In this document: one piece after another, positions 59,767-64,000 of the stretch
How positions within the stretch are numbered: position 1 is the first letter of the stretch
Layout: each line of letters starts with the position of its first letter
Assembly: GCA_049320885.1 (NCBI GenBank)
Contig: JBMORA010000063.1
Span: forward strand, 32,001 to 96,000
Length of the DNA: 64,000 nt
Direction of reading: 5' to 3'
Source: Thermodesulfobacteriota bacterium
GTDB lineage: Bacteria > Desulfobacterota > Desulfobacteria > Desulfobacterales > SURF-7
The notes under the pieces: model-generated
Seen by the model: only the letters and a program-made list of their open reading frames with translations
What the model was told of the DNA's origin: nothing
The model's database searches: none
Made by a program: the position numbers and the translations under genes

Positions 59767-60495
59767 ATGCTGGAGGTCCGCAACCTGCATGTGTATTACG
59801 GCCAGATTCATGCCGTCAAGGGCGCCAGCCTGCACGTGAATCCCGGTGAAGTCGTGGCCCTGATCGGCGGCAACGGCGCCGGCAAGAGCACGATCCTGCG
59901 GTCGATCTCCGGCATCGCCCGTTCCGCTTCGGGCGCTGTCCGGCTGGAAGACGGCGACATCACCCGCCTGAGCCCAGACCGCATCCTGAAAAGCGGCATC
60001 GGCCATGTTCCCGAAGGCCGCCGGCTTTTCCGCGGCCTGAGCGTGCGCGACAACCTGATCATCGGGGCCTATTCCCGCAACGACCGGCCGGAGATCCGAA
60101 AGGACATCGCCGCCATGGAGACCCTCTTTCCCATCCTGGGAAAACGCCGGCAGCAGCCGGCCGGGACCCTGTCCGGCGGCGAACAGCAGATGCTGGCCAT
60201 TGCCCGGGCCCTCATGGCCAAACCCAAAGTCCTGCTCCTGGACGAACCCTCCATGGGGCTGGCGCCCATTATCACCGGGCAGATTTATGAGCGCATCCGG
60301 CAGCTGAATCAAAACGAAGGCCTGAGCATCCTGCTGGTGGAACAGAACGCCCGCCTGGCCCTGAACCTGGCCCGGCGGGCCTATGTCATCGAAACCGGTC
60401 GAATCGTCATGGAAGGCCCCACCGACCAACTGCGGGAAAGCAAGGAGATCCAGCGGGCCTATCTCGGCAAGGGCTATCGGGAGGTCTGGGAATAA
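59767..60495 (+). CDS. livF: Branched-chain amino acid ABC transporter ATP-binding protein
   Basis: GGNGAGKST, VPEGRRLF, LSGGEQQMLAIARALM, LDEPSMGLAP, VEQNA. Confidence 0.93.
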   Translation: MLEVRNLHVYYGQIHAVKGASLHVNPGEVVALIGGNGAGKSTILRSISGIARSASGAVRLEDGDITRLSPDRILKSGIGHVPEGRRLFRGLSVRDNLIIGAYSRNDRPEIRKDIAAMETLFPILGKRRQQPAGTLSGGEQQMLAIARALMAKPKVLLLDEPSMGLAPIITGQIYERIRQLNQNEGLSILLVEQNARLALNLARRAYVIETGRIVMEGPTDQLRESKEIQRAYLGKGYREVWE

Positions 60496-61256
60496 TGCTC
60501 AAGGCCGAAGGAATCTCAAAGCATTTCATGGGAATTCGGGCGGTAAACCGGGTTTCCATGGAGGTGGTGAATCAGGAAATCCTGGGGGTCATCGGCCCCA
60601 ACGGAGCGGGCAAAACCACGCTTTTCAATCTGCTCACCGGTCTTTTCCCGCCGGATGAAGGCCGGATCCTGTTCAACGGACGGGAAATCACCCGGCTGAG
60701 ACCCTATGCCCGGGTGGGCCTGGGCATGGCCAGGACGTTTCAGAACCTGGAGATCTTTCGTGACATGAGCGTGCTGGAGAATGTCATGGTGGGGGGCCAT
60801 ACCCGGCTCAGGGCCGGTTACTGGAAAAGCCTGCTTTCGACCAGGGGCAAGAAACGGGAGGAAGACATCCTGAAAAAGGAGGCCCTGGATCTGCTCGAAC
60901 TCCTGGGACTTTCCCCACAGGCCCGGCAACCGGCCGTGAGCCTCTCCTACGGCAATCAACGCCGGGTGGAAATCGCCCGGGCCCTGGTCTCGAATCCCGC
61001 CCTGCTGTTTCTGGACGAGCCCGTGGCCGGCATGAATCCCACGGAGACCGGAGAGATCGCCGACCTGATCCTGCGGCTCAAATCCAACCTGAAACTGACC
61101 GTGGTCATCATCGAACATGACATGAACCTGATCATGGATATCTGCGATCGTATCGTCGTAATGACCGAGGGTGCGGTGCTGACATCGGGCCGCCCGCGTG
61201 ACATCCACCAGGACCCGCGGGTCCTGGAAGCTTATCTGGGGGGAGAGATTGTATGA
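60495..61256 (+). CDS. livG: Branched-chain amino acid ABC transporter ATP-binding protein
   Basis: GPNGAGKTT, ARTFQN, LSYGNQRRVEIARAL, LDEPVAGMN, IEHDM. Confidence 0.93.
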   Translation: MLKAEGISKHFMGIRAVNRVSMEVVNQEILGVIGPNGAGKTTLFNLLTGLFPPDEGRILFNGREITRLRPYARVGLGMARTFQNLEIFRDMSVLENVMVGGHTRLRAGYWKSLLSTRGKKREEDILKKEALDLLELLGLSPQARQPAVSLSYGNQRRVEIARALVSNPALLFLDEPVAGMNPTETGEIADLILRLKSNLKLTVVIIEHDMNLIMDICDRIVVMTEGAVLTSGRPRDIHQDPRVLEAYLGGEIV

Positions 61257-62533
61257 TGTTCGAAAGAGATTACGAAACCATGCCGAGGAAGCAGCTTGAA
61301 GTCCTTCAACTGGAGCGGCTTCAGTCCACCCTCAACCGGGCCTATCTGAATGTGGCCCATTACCGCCGGGCTTTCGACGCCGCCGGGGTCATGCCCGAGG
61401 ATATCGGTTCCCTGACGGAAATGGCCAAGCTGCCGTTCACCACCCGGGAGGATCTGGAGAAGAACTACCCCTACGACATGTTTGCCGTGCCCCTGCGGGA
61501 AGTGGTGCGCATTCACAGTTCCCTCGGCCGGGCGCGCAACGCCATCGTCACCGGCTATACGGCCGGCGATCTCAAGGCCTGGTCCCGGCTGATGGCCCGC
61601 TTCCTTGCGGGCACGGGCATCACCAGCGACGATGTGCTTCAGATTTCCTTCCGTTACGGACTGATGACCGGCGGCTTCGGTTTTCACGCCGCGGCGGAAC
61701 TGATCGGCGCTTCGGTGATTCCGGCGGACATCGGCAACTCCGCGGAACAGGCGGTCATCATCCGCAACTACCTCACCTCGGCCATCGCCTGCACACCGGG
61801 TTTCGCCCTGATTCTCATGGACAAGCTGGAAAGACTGGACGTCAACATCAAGTCCCTGCGCCTGCGGCGGGCCTTGCTAGGTGCGGACAAATTAACCCCT
61901 TCCGTCCGCGGCCGCATCACCAGCGGCCTGGGCGTGGAAGTGTTCAACAGCTATGGCTCCAACGTGGTCATGGGACCCGGCATTGCCGGAGAATGCACGG
62001 CCCATGACGGCCTGCACATATACGAGGATTTTTTCATCCCGGAGGTCATTGATCCTGCAAGCGGCGCCGTGCTGGGGCCCGGCCAAACCGGCGAACTGGT
62101 CATCACCACCCTCATGCGGGAGGCCTTTCCGCTCATCCGCTATCGCACCGGCGATCTTACCCGGATCAACCGGGAACCGTGCGCCTGCGGCCGGACGCAT
62201 TTGCGGCTCGTGGATTTCTATGGCCGGCTCAATAACACCGTCAAAATCAAAGGGGCCAGCGTTTCCCCGGACCGCATCCGGGCCATTCTGGCCGCCGAAG
62301 GGGTGGAGACCCGCATCCGCATCCACATTTACCGCGAGGGCGTCTACGAAAAGGCCGACATCCTCCTGGAGGTGCGCGAAAACATGTTTTTCGATGAAAT
62401 GAAAATTCAGAAAGCCTTTATCGAAAAACTGGAAAACCGCATTCAATCCGGCACCGGCATCCGCATGGGGGTCAAAATCCTGCCCCATTCGGCCTTTCCG
62501 GACGGCCCTTTAGTCACGGACGAACGGGATTAG
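61253..62533 (+). CDS. Phenylacetate--CoA ligase family protein with divergent catalytic motifs
   Basis: LPFTTREDL..NYPY.MFAVP, YGLMTGGFGFH, GELVITTL.REAFPLIRYRTGD, CACGRT. Confidence 0.85.
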   Translation: MMFERDYETMPRKQLEVLQLERLQSTLNRAYLNVAHYRRAFDAAGVMPEDIGSLTEMAKLPFTTREDLEKNYPYDMFAVPLREVVRIHSSLGRARNAIVTGYTAGDLKAWSRLMARFLAGTGITSDDVLQISFRYGLMTGGFGFHAAAELIGASVIPADIGNSAEQAVIIRNYLTSAIACTPGFALILMDKLERLDVNIKSLRLRRALLGADKLTPSVRGRITSGLGVEVFNSYGSNVVMGPGIAGECTAHDGLHIYEDFFIPEVIDPASGAVLGPGQTGELVITTLMREAFPLIRYRTGDLTRINREPCACGRTHLRLVDFYGRLNNTVKIKGASVSPDRIRAILAAEGVETRIRIHIYREGVYEKADILLEVRENMFFDEMKIQKAFIEKLENRIQSGTGIRMGVKILPHSAFPDGPLVTDERD

Positions 62534-64000
62534 GCGCGGTACAGGGACTCGATCTCGTCGCGATAGTTTTGATGGATAACCCGCCGTTTCATTTTCAGGG
62601 TCGGCGTCAGCTCGCCGGATTCTTCGCTGAAAACCCTCGGCAGCAGTCGATATTTCTTGATCTGTTCATAGCGGGCCAGCCCCCGGTTGACCTTTTCGAT
62701 GGTTTCGTCGAAATGCCGGACCACCTCGGGTAGCTGAACCAGATCGTCGTTGCGGTTGAAGGCGATGCCTTTTTTGCGGGCCAGTTCCCGCAGCAAATCG
62801 AACTGGGGCACGATCAGGGCGGTGATGAAATTGCGGCCGTCGCCCACCACGCAGCATTGGTCGATATACAAATCGCTGATCAACGCCATTTCAATGGGGT
62901 TGGGCGCAATGTTCTTGCCGCCGGAAGTGACGATCAGCTCCTTTTTGCGGTCCGTGATCTTGAGGAAGCCGTCGGCGTCGATCTCGCCGATGTCGCCGGT
63001 CTTGAAATACCCGTCCTCCGTGAAGACCTCCGCGGTCTTGGCAGGCTGTTTGAAATAACCGTTTGCCCGGGAGAATACCTGGGGACCTTTCACCAGGACT
63101 TCGCCGTCCTCGGCGATTCGGATATCCGTGTCCTTGCAGGGCCGGCCGACAAACCCGGGTTTGATGATGAAATGCGGCAGGATCTTCTTGGAAACCACGG
63201 TGGCCTTCAGGATGTTCTTGAAGGATTTATACGGGCACTGTCCGCTCCCCTGGGTGAGAATCAGCACGTCGATCAACCAGGCCAGCGCCTTGCGGTAAAT
63301 CCATTTATCCGGCAGCGGCTCCACGAAAACCGGCGCATTGGAGGATACGGCCGAGGTGGTTTCCGTCAACCCGTAGCCCTCGGTGATGGTGATATTCATG
63401 CTGCGGAAAAACTTGGTGATATCCCGCTGCAGGGCCGCGCCGCCGCTGCCCGCCACCACCAGCCGGTCGAAACCGATCACCTTCCGGACCTTGTCGAACA
63501 CCAGCGCGTTGGCCAGGGCGAATTGAACCCCCAGGGCCGGCGGTAGGGGTTCGCCGGCGATCATATGATCCGCGGCCTTATCGCCGACTTTCAGGGCCCA
63601 ATCAAACGTTTTTTTGTCCCGGCCTTTCAATTTTTCCGCATGCCGCTTGATCCCTTCATGGAATTTTTCATACAGCCGGGGAACCGAGAACAGCACCTGG
63701 GGCTTTACTTCCAGCAGGTTTTCCTGGACTTTCTGGATGCTCTCGGCGAAATGGATCGTCGTGCCGATGGCCATCTGCAGGTGATAGTCGTTGGCCCGGC
63801 CCATGACATGGCAGAGGGGCAGAAAACACAGGCTGTTCAGCCGGATCCCTCGCTCGATGATTTTCTGCAGGATCGGCGTGCTCATGAGGACGTCGGTCTG
63901 GGCGCAAAAATTCCCCTGGCTCAGCATGACGCCCTTGGGGTTTCCGGTGGTACCCGACGTATAGATGATGGCGGCGATGTCTTCCTTCGTGAGGGCCTTG
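62530..64000 (-). CDS. Long-chain fatty acid--CoA ligase (5' end beyond the window)
   Basis: The frame continues to the edge: IIYTSGTTGNPKGVML, EGYGLTET, FKTGDIG, ITDRKKELIVTSGGKNIAP, LTPTLKMKR. Confidence 0.93.
   Translation of the reverse strand, partial: KALTKEDIAAIIYTSGTTGNPKGVMLSQGNFCAQTDVLMSTPILQKIIERGIRLNSLCFLPLCHVMGRANDYHLQMAIGTTIHFAESIQKVQENLLEVKPQVLFSVPRLYEKFHEGIKRHAEKLKGRDKKTFDWALKVGDKAADHMIAGEPLPPALGVQFALANALVFDKVRKVIGFDRLVVAGSGGAALQRDITKFFRSMNITITEGYGLTETTSAVSSNAPVFVEPLPDKWIYRKALAWLIDVLILTQGSGQCPYKSFKNILKATVVSKKILPHFIIKPGFVGRPCKDTDIRIAEDGEVLVKGPQVFSRANGYFKQPAKTAEVFTEDGYFKTGDIGEIDADGFLKITDRKKELIVTSGGKNIAPNPIEMALISDLYIDQCCVVGDGRNFITALIVPQFDLLRELARKKGIAFNRNDDLVQLPEVVRHFDETIEKVNRGLARYEQIKKYRLLPRVFSEESGELTPTLKMKRRVIHQNYRDEIESLYRA

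Noticed and set aside
59767..61256. livF preceding livG
   Set aside because: Gene order in liv operons varies widely; not informative.

Overview
Gene-dense, GC-rich bacterial window. The gene content (rubrerythrin, PAS hybrid kinases, PrsT-like TPR lipoprotein, sigma-54 promoter, FGE-domain proteins) fits an anaerobic Desulfobacterota-like genome; this is inference. The first 10 kb is a minus-strand surface/exopolysaccharide block: FN3/Ig-repeat secreted protein, UDP-GlcA decarboxylase, TPR lipoprotein, a 2-TM coiled-coil protein ending in a RelE/ParE-like domain, pilC/gspF and pilB/gspE. The rest is mostly housekeeping, transport and signalling: rlmD-like, gap, acylase, MarR plus acyl-CoA dehydrogenase, two VapBC-type pairs, ferredoxin-rubrerythrin, lhr, MMPL, kup, TolC-MacAB-like, metF, a liv operon with a paaK-like gene, and a fadD-like gene. 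The most striking feature is a decayed diversity-generating retroelement (DGR) at about 29.05-31.4 kb. It has a KAP P-loop NTPase fused to an FGE/C-type-lectin domain with a VR-like 3' end, a pyrimidine-rich post-VR repeat, the first 26 codons of avd and a structured RNA resembling the DGR spacer, but no TR or RT in the window. The second highlight is the membrane-anchored RelE-like protein. All calls come from reading motifs by eye; no database searches were run.
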